Shown: positions 8,564 to 16,214 of the stretch, piece by piece | How positions within the stretch are numbered: the first letter of the stretch is position 1 | Layout of the letters: each line of letters starts with the position of its first letter | Assembly (NCBI GenBank): GCA_037444445.1 | Contig: JBBIMK010000001.1 | Span: forward strand, 150,001-182,000 | Reading direction: 5' to 3' | DNA: 32,000 bases | DNA from: a bacterium | GTDB lineage: Bacteria > UBP7 > UBA6624 > JBBIMK01 | Program-made: the position numbers and the translations under genes | Notes under the pieces: generated by a model | Seen by the model: the letters and a program-made list of their open reading frames with translations, nothing else | The model's database searches: none | What the model was told of the DNA's origin: nothing

Positions 8564-9997
8564 TCAATCGGAGTGGATGCGAACCCGATAGGAAAGAGTG
8601 CTTTTTCCATTCGCTTGTACCGGGATGAGGAATTTCACGAAGGAGGCCGAGACTTTTCGGGGCTCAAAAGTGGAAGATAGAATTTGCCAGTCTCCCCATA
8701 CAGGTTCTAAAGCCTCCACAATCACATCATCGTTCTTGTGGTTCCGAACCTGAATGTCAAAAGCCACTTCATAGACTCCCGAAGCGATGATTTTATAATC
8801 CGTTTGAACTCGGTCAGCGGCAATATCAAAGGCTTCTCCAATTTTCACCCGTATCATTTCATCCTTGGGCGTGTGGTCTATGGAATCTTCCCCGATGAAC
8901 TGAATGGCCCCGGAAGAATCCTTTTTATACACCCGAAAGGTGCCTTTAGGCAGGGGAATGCCCATGTTGTTTTTCTTCGCGTTTTCCAGTTCCAGATAAA
9001 CACCCACCTTCTGTTCCTGTTTTTCGGACATCCGAGAAGTGAACCAGAAGCGTTGGCCTTCTAACTGAAATTTTTTCTGCACGGGGACGCTGGAGGCTTC
9101 CAGAAGGGTCATCTGTTTGGTTTCATTATTGTGGATAGTGGTTCGGCGTTCCAGGGTGTAAAGGTGGTATTCAAAGAAGGCTTCTTCACGGAATTGTGGG
9201 GGGGGTGCCCCAAGAGCACGCATTTCTGCCGCCGCATATTCATATTTCGGATAGGGAGGCGGAACCCGATGAACCGTTCCAGCCACGAGTTTTAAGGATG
9301 CATCTGTATAAGTGGCGCCGGAGTGGTTTTCTATGGTTACCCACCCGGTAAGGTCTAACCTGTCATCTTTTTCATTGAGGATGGAAACATAATCTGCCTT
9401 CCACTGCATCCCTTGAGTCAGATAGGATGCTTGAAGGGTATGCCTGGCACTTTTGCGGGTGTTCAGGAGCCAGATAAGGGTGGGCTTTGAGATGAGTCCT
9501 TCAGGCAATTCAGGGAGAACCACTCTTCCCTCACTGCCCAGATAAATTTTATCGCCGATTTGATAGACTCCCCCGCCCTCGGCAGACAGGAGCGTGGCTT
9601 CCACCAACTGTTCCTTACCCTCTTTATCCTTGATGGAAAGGTAAATGATTTTCCCCAGGTATTTCGAGAGAAGTTTCTGGGGATTTATCAGGTCATATTC
9701 ATAATTCTGCTCCAACACCTGGAAGTTCCCGGGGTCTGTGAGAGAGAGGATACTGAGGGAGGTGGGGTCAATTTGAGAAGCCACATCTTCAAACCGAAAA
9801 TGGAAGGTGCCTTCGGGTAAAAGCACCTGCCGGGAATCTTTGATCAGGGCTAAGTTGTCGTTATAAACAGTCACAGAGACCTCCGTCTGGTCCGACATCG
9901 TGCTGGAGGCCTGCTTTTCCACCTGTGGTGCCAAAATAGAAAAAGCACCCATCATCAACCCCACTATCCTGATTCGCGTCCACCATTCTCTTTTCAA
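8564..9997 (-). CDS. secreted DUF4139-family protein
   Basis: An N-terminal signal-like helix is followed by VTVYNDNLALIKDSRQVLLPEGTFHFRFEDVASQIDPTSLSI, which is typical DUF4139 N-terminal text. The start is TTG, with AGGAGG 9 nt upstream. Confidence 0.6.
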   Translation of the reverse strand: MKREWWTRIRIVGLMMGAFSILAPQVEKQASSTMSDQTEVSVTVYNDNLALIKDSRQVLLPEGTFHFRFEDVASQIDPTSLSILSLTDPGNFQVLEQNYEYDLINPQKLLSKYLGKIIYLSIKDKEGKEQLVEATLLSAEGGGVYQIGDKIYLGSEGRVVLPELPEGLISKPTLIWLLNTRKSARHTLQASYLTQGMQWKADYVSILNEKDDRLDLTGWVTIENHSGATYTDASLKLVAGTVHRVPPPYPKYEYAAAEMRALGAPPPQFREEAFFEYHLYTLERRTTIHNNETKQMTLLEASSVPVQKKFQLEGQRFWFTSRMSEKQEQKVGVYLELENAKKNNMGIPLPKGTFRVYKKDSSGAIQFIGEDSIDHTPKDEMIRVKIGEAFDIAADRVQTDYKIIASGVYEVAFDIQVRNHKNDDVIVEALEPVWGDWQILSSTFEPRKVSASFVKFLIPVQANGKSTLSYRVRIHSD

Positions 9998-10119
9998 GTT
10001 TTTCTACCTCCTTTTCATAATTTTATCATTCCAGAATAAATGACTCTTTGAGTTTGAGTTTTGTTCCCGGATGAAAGTGAAAAAATAAAATTGCGGTAAA
10101 ATCAAAAATGGGAAGGTAA

Positions 10120-10602
10120 ATGAATCGGGAAGGCAAGAGATTTCTTGCGGACCGGAATCTGGGTTCGCTGGCAAGATGGCTCCGTTTGCTCGGATTTGAC
10201 ACGATGTATCCAGATATTCTGGATGATGGAGAACTGCTAAAGATGGCAAAACGGGAAGGAAGAACTCTCCTGACGCGGGATAGAAATCTCGCCAGCCGAA
10301 ATCCTGCCGCCACCTACCTGGTGAATGCTGGAAATCTGGAGGAACAACTTCAGGAAGTGGTCAGGGTGTTTCAGTTGTCTGAAAAAGCAAAGCCTCTTTC
10401 TCGGTGTTCACTTTGCAACCATCCCGTGAAACCTGTGATGAAAGAGAAGGTGAAGGAAGTGGTGCCGCAGAAAGTTTTAGATTTTCAAGAGAATTACTGG
10501 CAATGCTCTGGATGTGGCAAGGTTTACTGGCAGGGTTCTCACTGGGAAAGGATGAAAGAAAAACTTCGGCAAGTATTGGGTCCTGCGAAAGATACTCCAT
10601 AA
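10120..10602 (+). CDS. Mut7-C RNase-domain (PIN-like plus zinc ribbon) protein
   Basis: FLADRNLGSLARWLRLLGFDT is the family N-terminus. Paired CxxC motifs follow (CSLCN ... CSGCG). The length is 160 aa and an SD GGAAGG is present. Confidence 0.7.
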   Translation: MNREGKRFLADRNLGSLARWLRLLGFDTMYPDILDDGELLKMAKREGRTLLTRDRNLASRNPAATYLVNAGNLEEQLQEVVRVFQLSEKAKPLSRCSLCNHPVKPVMKEKVKEVVPQKVLDFQENYWQCSGCGKVYWQGSHWERMKEKLRQVLGPAKDTP

Positions 10603-10616
10603 AGACTTTCCGTCTG

Positions 10617-10625
10617 TGATATAAT
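10617..10625 (+). promoter_or_regulatory. extended -10 promoter element TGaTATAAT
   Basis: This is the same 11-mer (tgtgatataat) as at 3414. It lies 30 nt upstream of ATG 10656, which has the SD GAAGGAGGTG. Confidence 0.4.
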
Positions 10626-10655
10626 ATCTTTATGGAAAATGAAGGAGGTGCGGTA

Positions 10656-11438
10656 ATGAAAGGCCACCGGCAAATAGTGATATTGGCCTGGATTCTCGGG
10701 TTTCTCGGAAGTTTACCCGCGGAGAATCCTTTTTTTATGGAAATTCCTGATCGGAAGGCGTTATTCAAAATTGGTGAAGAAGATGTAGCAATCCTCCGCC
10801 AGCCGGATGGAATGATAGTAGCACGAATTTATGCCATCAATATCGGTGAAAAGCGTGCGAAAACGGCCACCTTCTTCTGCCATCTGGCGAGAGAAGGAAA
10901 AGTGCTGAAGGAAATGGAGGCAAAAGTGGAGCGAATCCGGGTGGGACAGAAGGCAGAAGCGCGCTGTGAACTTGGAAAATTATCTCCAGGACCTTATGAC
11001 CTGCGAATCCGAATGAGATATAATGGGAAAGAAGCAAACCGCCGAATCCAGTTTACAATCGGTGGTCCAAATCTCAGGGTTCCGGTGAATTTCATCACCA
11101 TCTATCCTCTATCACCCCAGAAGAACCACCCTTTTCACATTCGGGTGGGCATCGTCAATAACGGCACAGAACCGGCTCATTCTGTAGTTTCACAACTGGA
11201 AATCTGGAAAGGGGGGAAAAAAATACTGGGACCGATAACAAAAGTGATTCCCGAAATCCTCGCGGGCGAGCACACAGGTTACCTGGAGACAATAGAGGGT
11301 TTACCGGTTGGCAACTATGAAATTATCACCCGTTTGGACCCGGAAAATAAGATTCCTGAAATTTACGAACAGGATAATCTGGAGCGAAAAGCCCTCAGGA
11401 TTTTACCAGACTTCGCGGAGGTGAAATTACCCTGGTGA
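10656..11438 (+). CDS. secreted protein with tandem CARDB/Ig-like repeats
   Basis: I chose the start at the second ATG, which has a strong SD 5 nt upstream. The signal peptide is MKGHRQIVILAWILGFLGSLPA. The text PNLRV...IVNNGTEPA is typical of CARDB-type domains. Confidence 0.55.
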   Translation: MKGHRQIVILAWILGFLGSLPAENPFFMEIPDRKALFKIGEEDVAILRQPDGMIVARIYAINIGEKRAKTATFFCHLAREGKVLKEMEAKVERIRVGQKAEARCELGKLSPGPYDLRIRMRYNGKEANRRIQFTIGGPNLRVPVNFITIYPLSPQKNHPFHIRVGIVNNGTEPAHSVVSQLEIWKGGKKILGPITKVIPEILAGEHTGYLETIEGLPVGNYEIITRLDPENKIPEIYEQDNLERKALRILPDFAEVKLPW

Positions 11439-11875
11439 GTAAACGGCAAATAAAACTGGGATTGTTCTATACTATGGTTCCTGTAGGCATAGCCGTGTTA
11501 ATTTATGCTTCTACACGGGGTTCCACCGTATATTACTACACCATCAGCGAGGCTTTGGAAAAACATCCGAAATCAGAAATCCGCGTTGCGGGGAATGTGG
11601 TTCCAGGGTCTATCACCCGCAAATCTTTTCTTCTCCATTTCAAAATAAAAGATGAGACGAGCCCGGTAGAAATTCAAGTGGAGTATCGTGGAATACCTGC
11701 GGAGACATTTCAGGAGAATATACAGGTGGTGGTGAAAGGGCAACTGGATTGGGAGCAGAAAACTTTGCGGGCTACCGACTTACTGGTGAAGTGCCCTTCC
11801 AAATATGAGTCGCCTATCCCGGGACAGCCGAAAGAAAAATCTTCCTCCACACCTACCCCTTTATCATCCAGTTAA
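11435..11875 (+). CDS. ccmE: cytochrome c maturation haem chaperone CcmE, Cys (CXXXY) variant
   Basis: An N-terminal TM anchor is followed by OB-fold text (IRVAGNVVPGSI, VEYRGIPAETFQENIQVVVKG). The haem-attachment motif is LVKCPSKY in place of the canonical AKHDENY. The GTG start overlaps the upstream stop (GTGA). Confidence 0.75.
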   Translation: MSKRQIKLGLFYTMVPVGIAVLIYASTRGSTVYYYTISEALEKHPKSEIRVAGNVVPGSITRKSFLLHFKIKDETSPVEIQVEYRGIPAETFQENIQVVVKGQLDWEQKTLRATDLLVKCPSKYESPIPGQPKEKSSSTPTPLSSS

Positions 11876-11884
11876 CTTTTTCCC

Positions 11885-11913
11885 TTGACTTTTACTGGCG
11901 ATTTTACGATAAC
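11885..11913 (+). promoter_or_regulatory. possible sigma70-type promoter for serS (TTGACT-17-GATAAC)
   Basis: A 5/6 match to the -35 consensus and a 4/6 match to the -10 are separated by a 17-nt spacer. The element lies about 60 nt upstream of the serS ATG. Confidence 0.3.
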
Positions 11914-11976
11914 GAACAAAATCACGGAAAATATCAGCGAGGAATCCTTAGAGAACTTCATGAATAAGGTATAAAA

Positions 11977-13251
11977 ATGCTGGATTTAAAATCCATCCGT
12001 GAGAATCCTGATAGATTCAGAAATTCTTTGAAAACAAAGGGTGTAGAAAGAGGGATTGATGAACTGCTGGAGGTGGATGACGCTCGGCGAAAAAAAATTA
12101 CAGAAGTGGATGCCCTGAAAAATCTCCTCAATAAAACCTCCAGGCAAATCGGGATCCTCAAGCAAGCAGGAAAAAACTCTGAAGCCCTCCGGCTCCAGGA
12201 AGAAATGAAAAAAGTGTCCAGTGACATAGACCAAAAAGAGGAAGAAGTCCGGGTCCTGGAGAAGAAACTTGAGGCTCTCCATCTGAATTTACCGAATTTG
12301 CCACATCCTTCTGTGCCTGCAGGTAAAGATGAGAGCGAAAATGTGGTGCGAGAATACCATGGAGAGCTCAGGAAATTTGAATGGCTACCCCGACCTCACT
12401 GGGAACTGGGAGAAGCCCTGGGAATCATAGATTTTAAGCGAGGAGCAAAAATTTCTGGAACGCGGTTTTATGTGCTCCGAGGGCAGGGCGCCAGATTAGA
12501 GCGATGTTTAATCCAGTTTATGCTGGATGTCCACACGCAGCAGCATGGCTATGTGGAGATATTCCCTCCTTTTTTAATTCGTCGGGAGTGTATGGTGGGA
12601 ACGGGGCAACTGCCGAAGTTTGAAGAGGATATGTATCGGATTGATGGAGACGACCTGTTTTTAGACCCTACGGCGGAAGTGCCCGTGACGAATTTACATC
12701 GGGGAGAGATTCTTTCCGCAGAGGAATTACCGATATGCTATGTGGCGTATTCAGCATGCTTTCGGAGAGAGGCGGGCGCGGCAGGCAAGGATGTTCGGGG
12801 AGTCACCCGGGTCCATCAATTCAATAAGGTGGAACTGGTCAAATTCACCACCCCCGAAACTTCCTATGAGGAGTTAGAGAAATTGAAAAGAGATGCTGAG
12901 GTCATCCTGGAGAAACTGGGCCTGGCTTATCGGGTCGTAGAAATGTGCACCGGAGATCTGGGATTTGCGGCTGCCAAAAAATATGACCTGGATGCGTGGA
13001 TGCCGGGGCAGAACAAATATGTGGAAGTATCCAGCATCAGCAATTTTGAGAGTTTTCAGGCTCGGAGAGCGAATATCCGATATCGGGAGGGTCCGAAAGC
13101 CAAGCCAAGATATGTGCATACCCTGAATGGAAGCGGGTTAGCAGTGGGAAGAACCTTTGCGGCTATCCTGGAGAATTACCAGAATTCGGATGGCTCCATT
13201 TCTATCCCACCGGTGTTGATTCCGTATTTCGGAGCTGAGAAAATTCAGTAA
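11977..13251 (+). CDS. serS: seryl-tRNA synthetase
   Basis: An N-terminal coiled-coil arm is followed by class II motifs ([38 protein letters not shown]). The length is 424 aa. Confidence 0.95.
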   Translation: MLDLKSIRENPDRFRNSLKTKGVERGIDELLEVDDARRKKITEVDALKNLLNKTSRQIGILKQAGKNSEALRLQEEMKKVSSDIDQKEEEVRVLEKKLEALHLNLPNLPHPSVPAGKDESENVVREYHGELRKFEWLPRPHWELGEALGIIDFKRGAKISGTRFYVLRGQGARLERCLIQFMLDVHTQQHGYVEIFPPFLIRRECMVGTGQLPKFEEDMYRIDGDDLFLDPTAEVPVTNLHRGEILSAEELPICYVAYSACFRREAGAAGKDVRGVTRVHQFNKVELVKFTTPETSYEELEKLKRDAEVILEKLGLAYRVVEMCTGDLGFAAAKKYDLDAWMPGQNKYVEVSSISNFESFQARRANIRYREGPKAKPRYVHTLNGSGLAVGRTFAAILENYQNSDGSISIPPVLIPYFGAEKIQ

Positions 13252-13326
13252 ACGGCTCTCATCGGTTAACAATATGTTTCAATAGGGGGTTGTGAAAAAG
13301 AGTTTTTTCTGATAGAGTATATAGCG

Positions 13327-13872
13327 GTGGATGAAATGCGAAGAAATGAAGTTCGGGTGATGGGTGTAACTTATTCCCCTGGTAGTGGCACGGTGGTGCT
13401 CATTCTGGAAGAGGTTTACGGCGACCGAATTCTGCCTGTCTGGATTGGAGAATTTGAGGGCTCCAGTATAGATATGGCGCTGAGGGGAATTCGCTCGGCA
13501 CGACCCCTTCCCTACGACTTGCTCATTACCGCGGTTGAAAAGTTAGGGGGGAATGTCCGACAGGTGCTGGTTTGCCAGTTAAAAGAAAATACCTTTTATG
13601 CCACGGTGGAAATTCAGCGGAATAGCGAACTATTTCAAGTGGACTCCCGACCTTCCGATGCGGTGGCTATTGCCCTGCGCACCCATGCCCCTATCTTCGT
13701 CACCGAAGAAGTCCTGATGGAAGCAGGCTATCCGAAAAAATTCTTGAAAAGGGCTTTTGAAGGGGAAGAAGAAAGGGAAACACCTCTTCGGGAAGATGAA
13801 CTGGAGAAGTTCAAGGAATTTATTGCCAGGGTGAAACCTGAGGATTTCAAGCGATTTACCTCTGAAGAATAA
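13327..13872 (+). CDS. bifunctional nuclease (DUF151/BFN) family protein
   Basis: ILPVWIGEFEGSSI...RPLPYDLL...DSRPSDAVAIALR is typical BFN-domain text. The start is GTG 13327 or ATG 13336. Confidence 0.65.
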   Translation: MDEMRRNEVRVMGVTYSPGSGTVVLILEEVYGDRILPVWIGEFEGSSIDMALRGIRSARPLPYDLLITAVEKLGGNVRQVLVCQLKENTFYATVEIQRNSELFQVDSRPSDAVAIALRTHAPIFVTEEVLMEAGYPKKFLKRAFEGEEERETPLREDELEKFKEFIARVKPEDFKRFTSEE

Positions 13873-13894
13873 CCTTATTTTACCGAAATCTCCG

Positions 13895-14764
13895 TTGATT
13901 GCGCTCCGGAAAGAGGAAAGCAGGGTAGCGAATTTGCTCCAGAGGCTAACCCGCTTTCTGGAGCCCCATGTGGAATGTCCAGAGATGGAAGCGGAACTTT
14001 TGTTGGAAAAAGTTCTGTCTCTTCCCCGCCCCAACTTATTCAGTCGTCTTCAAGAGACAGTGCCTGTGCACCTCCAGGCCGAGGCTTTACACCTTGCGGA
14101 AGAGCGAAAAAGAGGGAAACCCCTTTCGCTCATTCTGGGCACCGTTTCATTCATGGGGCTTTCCTTTCGGGTTGCAGAGGGCGTTTTTATCCCCCGAGCT
14201 GAAACGGAAACAGTGGTAAGAGCGGTGTTACTCCGCCAACCCCGTGGAAATTGCCTTGTGGATGTGGGCGCTGGAACAGGATGCCTGGGCCTCTCTCTGG
14301 CTTACTATGGGGAATACAGGCAGATATATTTATGCGATACGAATGAGCATGCCCTGCAAATTGCCCGTGATAATGCCAGTTTATTAGGCATTTCAAATGT
14401 CCATTTTGTCCACGGTGATTTCCTGACTGACTGGAAAAGACCGAAACGGCCTTCAGATGTCCTCGTGTCCAATCCACCCTATATCCCGCGAGATTATCTA
14501 TCTCAGTTACCTGAAAGTGTTCGTCAATATGAACCATCTTCTGCGTTAGACGGAGGGAGTGAGGGGTTGGATTTTCTAAAATCTCTGATTAAGGCCTCCT
14601 CTCACTATATGAAAAGTGGAGGGCTTATAGCGCTGGAAATTGGAGACAAACAATTTTCTTCCATCCTGAGATTCCTCTATGAAGCGGGATTTAACTTTCT
14701 CGTGCTTTTGAAGGATTTCCGGGGGCAAGACCGTTGTGTCACCGCCCGGATGCAAGCCTTATGA
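13895..14764 (+). CDS. prmC: release-factor glutamine N5-methyltransferase
   Basis: Present are the SAM motif VDVGAGTGCLG, the catalytic VSNPPYI and EPSSALDGG. The start is TTG, and its position is uncertain. Confidence 0.8.
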   Translation: MIALRKEESRVANLLQRLTRFLEPHVECPEMEAELLLEKVLSLPRPNLFSRLQETVPVHLQAEALHLAEERKRGKPLSLILGTVSFMGLSFRVAEGVFIPRAETETVVRAVLLRQPRGNCLVDVGAGTGCLGLSLAYYGEYRQIYLCDTNEHALQIARDNASLLGISNVHFVHGDFLTDWKRPKRPSDVLVSNPPYIPRDYLSQLPESVRQYEPSSALDGGSEGLDFLKSLIKASSHYMKSGGLIALEIGDKQFSSILRFLYEAGFNFLVLLKDFRGQDRCVTARMQAL

Positions 14765-15420
14765 AACTTCAGGTGGATCCCTTTTTTCCGGACCCTATCA
14801 CACTTCAGCGAGTAGAAAGGGCGGTAAATAGCGGGTATCTACTGGTATTTCCCACGGAAACCGTGTATGGGATTGGGTGTTTTTATTCCGACCTGGCTGG
14901 AATTCAAAGGATATTTCAATTAAAACAACGTCCCCCCAATAAGCCGATTGCTCTGATGTTTTCCACAGTGCAAAGGGTCATAAGTTTTTTTCAGCCTTCT
15001 CCCTTTGTGCAGAGCATACTTACGGCATTACTGCCCAACCCCATAACGGTTGTCTTTCGGAAACCTCTCCGTGTTTCCGTTTCCTCTTTTCTGGTCAGTG
15101 GTGAGGGGGAAGTGGGAGTGCGAGTTCCAGATCACGCTCTTGCCCTGGCAATTGCCACACTTTTCCGGGTGCCATTGGCTCTCACCAGTGCGAACCGGAG
15201 TGGAGAAAAAGAGCCTGTATGTCCGGAGGATATAAGCCTTTCTACTGCGGGTGAAGTGCTGGTAGTGGAAAGCGGAAGGACACCTCTTGGGGGGCCTTCC
15301 ACGGTAATACGCATCCAGGAGGAAACGCACGCGGTTTTATTGGTCCGCGAAGGAGCCTATCCGTATGAGAGAATTTGCGAGGTGGTGAAAGAGATTGGAG
15401 CGAACCCTTCTGTTAATTAA
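14761..15420 (+). CDS. tsaC: L-threonylcarbamoyladenylate synthase (YrdC/TsaC-type, single domain)
   Basis: LVFPTETVYGIGC, RIFQLKQRPPNKPIALM and LTSANRSGE are present. The ATG overlaps the prmC stop (ATGA). Confidence 0.8.
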   Translation: MKLQVDPFFPDPITLQRVERAVNSGYLLVFPTETVYGIGCFYSDLAGIQRIFQLKQRPPNKPIALMFSTVQRVISFFQPSPFVQSILTALLPNPITVVFRKPLRVSVSSFLVSGEGEVGVRVPDHALALAIATLFRVPLALTSANRSGEKEPVCPEDISLSTAGEVLVVESGRTPLGGPSTVIRIQEETHAVLLVREGAYPYERICEVVKEIGANPSVN

Positions 15421-15826
15421 GCCCGATGGTGTCCGCCGGGGGCTGGTGGGTGAGGTTCTTCGGCGTTTGGAGCGAAGAGGCTTTCGGCTGGTGGGGTTAA
15501 AGATGGTTCAGATTCCCCGCTCCGTCGCAGAACGACACTATATAGACCACCGTGATAAGGGATTTTACGAGAACCTGCTGTCTTTTATCACATCCGGAGC
15601 CCTCGTGGCGGCCGTTATACAAGGTGAAGGGGCCATTCAGGTGGTGAGGCAGATGACGGGGGCCACGGACCCCAGGAATGCCCAACCAGGAACACTCCGG
15701 GGTGATTTCGCCCTTTCCATCACTGAAAATGTGGTTCATGCTTCGGATAACCCGGAAAAAGCCGAGTATGAAATTCCCTTGTTTTTTACACCGTCGGAAA
15801 TCTATACCGATGAGAGCACAAATTGA
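15395..15826 (+). CDS. ndk: nucleoside-diphosphate kinase
   Basis: ERTLLLIKPDGV and NVVHASD (active-site His) are present. The length is 143 aa. The TTG start overlaps the tsaC 3' end by 26 nt. Confidence 0.9.
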   Translation: MERTLLLIKPDGVRRGLVGEVLRRLERRGFRLVGLKMVQIPRSVAERHYIDHRDKGFYENLLSFITSGALVAAVIQGEGAIQVVRQMTGATDPRNAQPGTLRGDFALSITENVVHASDNPEKAEYEIPLFFTPSEIYTDESTN

Positions 15827-15851
15827 CAGGAAGATGAGAGAAATATAGAAT
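15823..15851 (+). promoter_or_regulatory. sigma70-type promoter TTGACA-17-TAGAAT driving the tRNA cluster
   Basis: A consensus -35 overlaps the ndk stop codon. The spacer is 17 nt and the -10 matches 5/6. The first tRNA starts 12 nt after the -10. Confidence 0.6.
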
Positions 15852-15863
15852 AAAAATGCCATT

Positions 15864-15935
15864 GCGGTCATAGCTCAGTGGTAGAGCATCGGCTTCCCAA
15901 GCCGAGGGTCGCGGGTTCAAATCCCGTTGACCGCT
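15864..15935 (+). tRNA. tRNA-Gly (anticodon CCC)
   Basis: I folded the cloverleaf by hand. The acceptor is gcggtca/tgaccgc, the D arm gctc-agtggta-gagc, the anticodon arm tcggc-ttCCCaa-gccga, and the T arm gcggg-ttcaaat-cccgt. No CCA is encoded. Confidence 0.9.
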
Positions 15936-15938
15936 GAC

Positions 15939-16010
15939 GGCGGCGTAGCCAAGAGGAAAGGCGAGGGACTGCAAATCCCCAAATCCTGGGTTCGATTCCC
16001 AGCGCCGCCT
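15939..16010 (+). tRNA. tRNA-Cys (anticodon GCA)
   Basis: The acceptor is ggcggcg/cgccgcc, the anticodon loop ctGCAaa and the T arm ctggg-ttcgatt-cccag. It starts 3 nt after tRNA-Gly. One A:C mismatch lies at the top of the anticodon stem. Confidence 0.85.
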
Positions 16011-16080
16011 GACGCATCACATGAAAATAAATAAAAGAGGCAAAAGATGAAAATGAAGAAGAAAGAATCCGGGAAGAAGG

Positions 16081-16155
16081 GGGCGACTAGCTCAGTTGGT
16101 TTAGAGCGCTTCCTTGACGCGGAAGAGGTCAGAGGTTCGAATCCTCTGTCGCCCA
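16081..16155 (+). tRNA. tRNA-Val (anticodon GAC)
   Basis: The acceptor is gggcgac/gtcgccc, the D arm gctc-agttggttta-gagc, the anticodon arm cttcc-ttGACgc-ggaag and the T arm agagg-ttcgaat-cctct. Confidence 0.9.
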
Positions 16156-16214
16156 CGGATGAAAAGGATGTCAGAGAAAAGGAATCTTCTCATCTCTTCT
16201 TCGCATGAATTCCA

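Noticed and set aside
16011-16080. A strongly purine-rich (A/G) 70-nt spacer between tRNA-Cys and tRNA-Val, containing short ATG-initiated reading frames.
   Set aside because: The mini-ORFs are 9 codons long or run into the tRNA. I found no stable structure or repeat, so this is most simply a processing spacer.
16156-16214. I searched the thrS leader for a tRNA-Thr anticodon-arm mimic (an E. coli-type operator) or a T-box.
   Set aside because: The leader is only 59 nt. It is too short for a T-box, and I found no stem-loop presenting a Thr anticodon-like loop.
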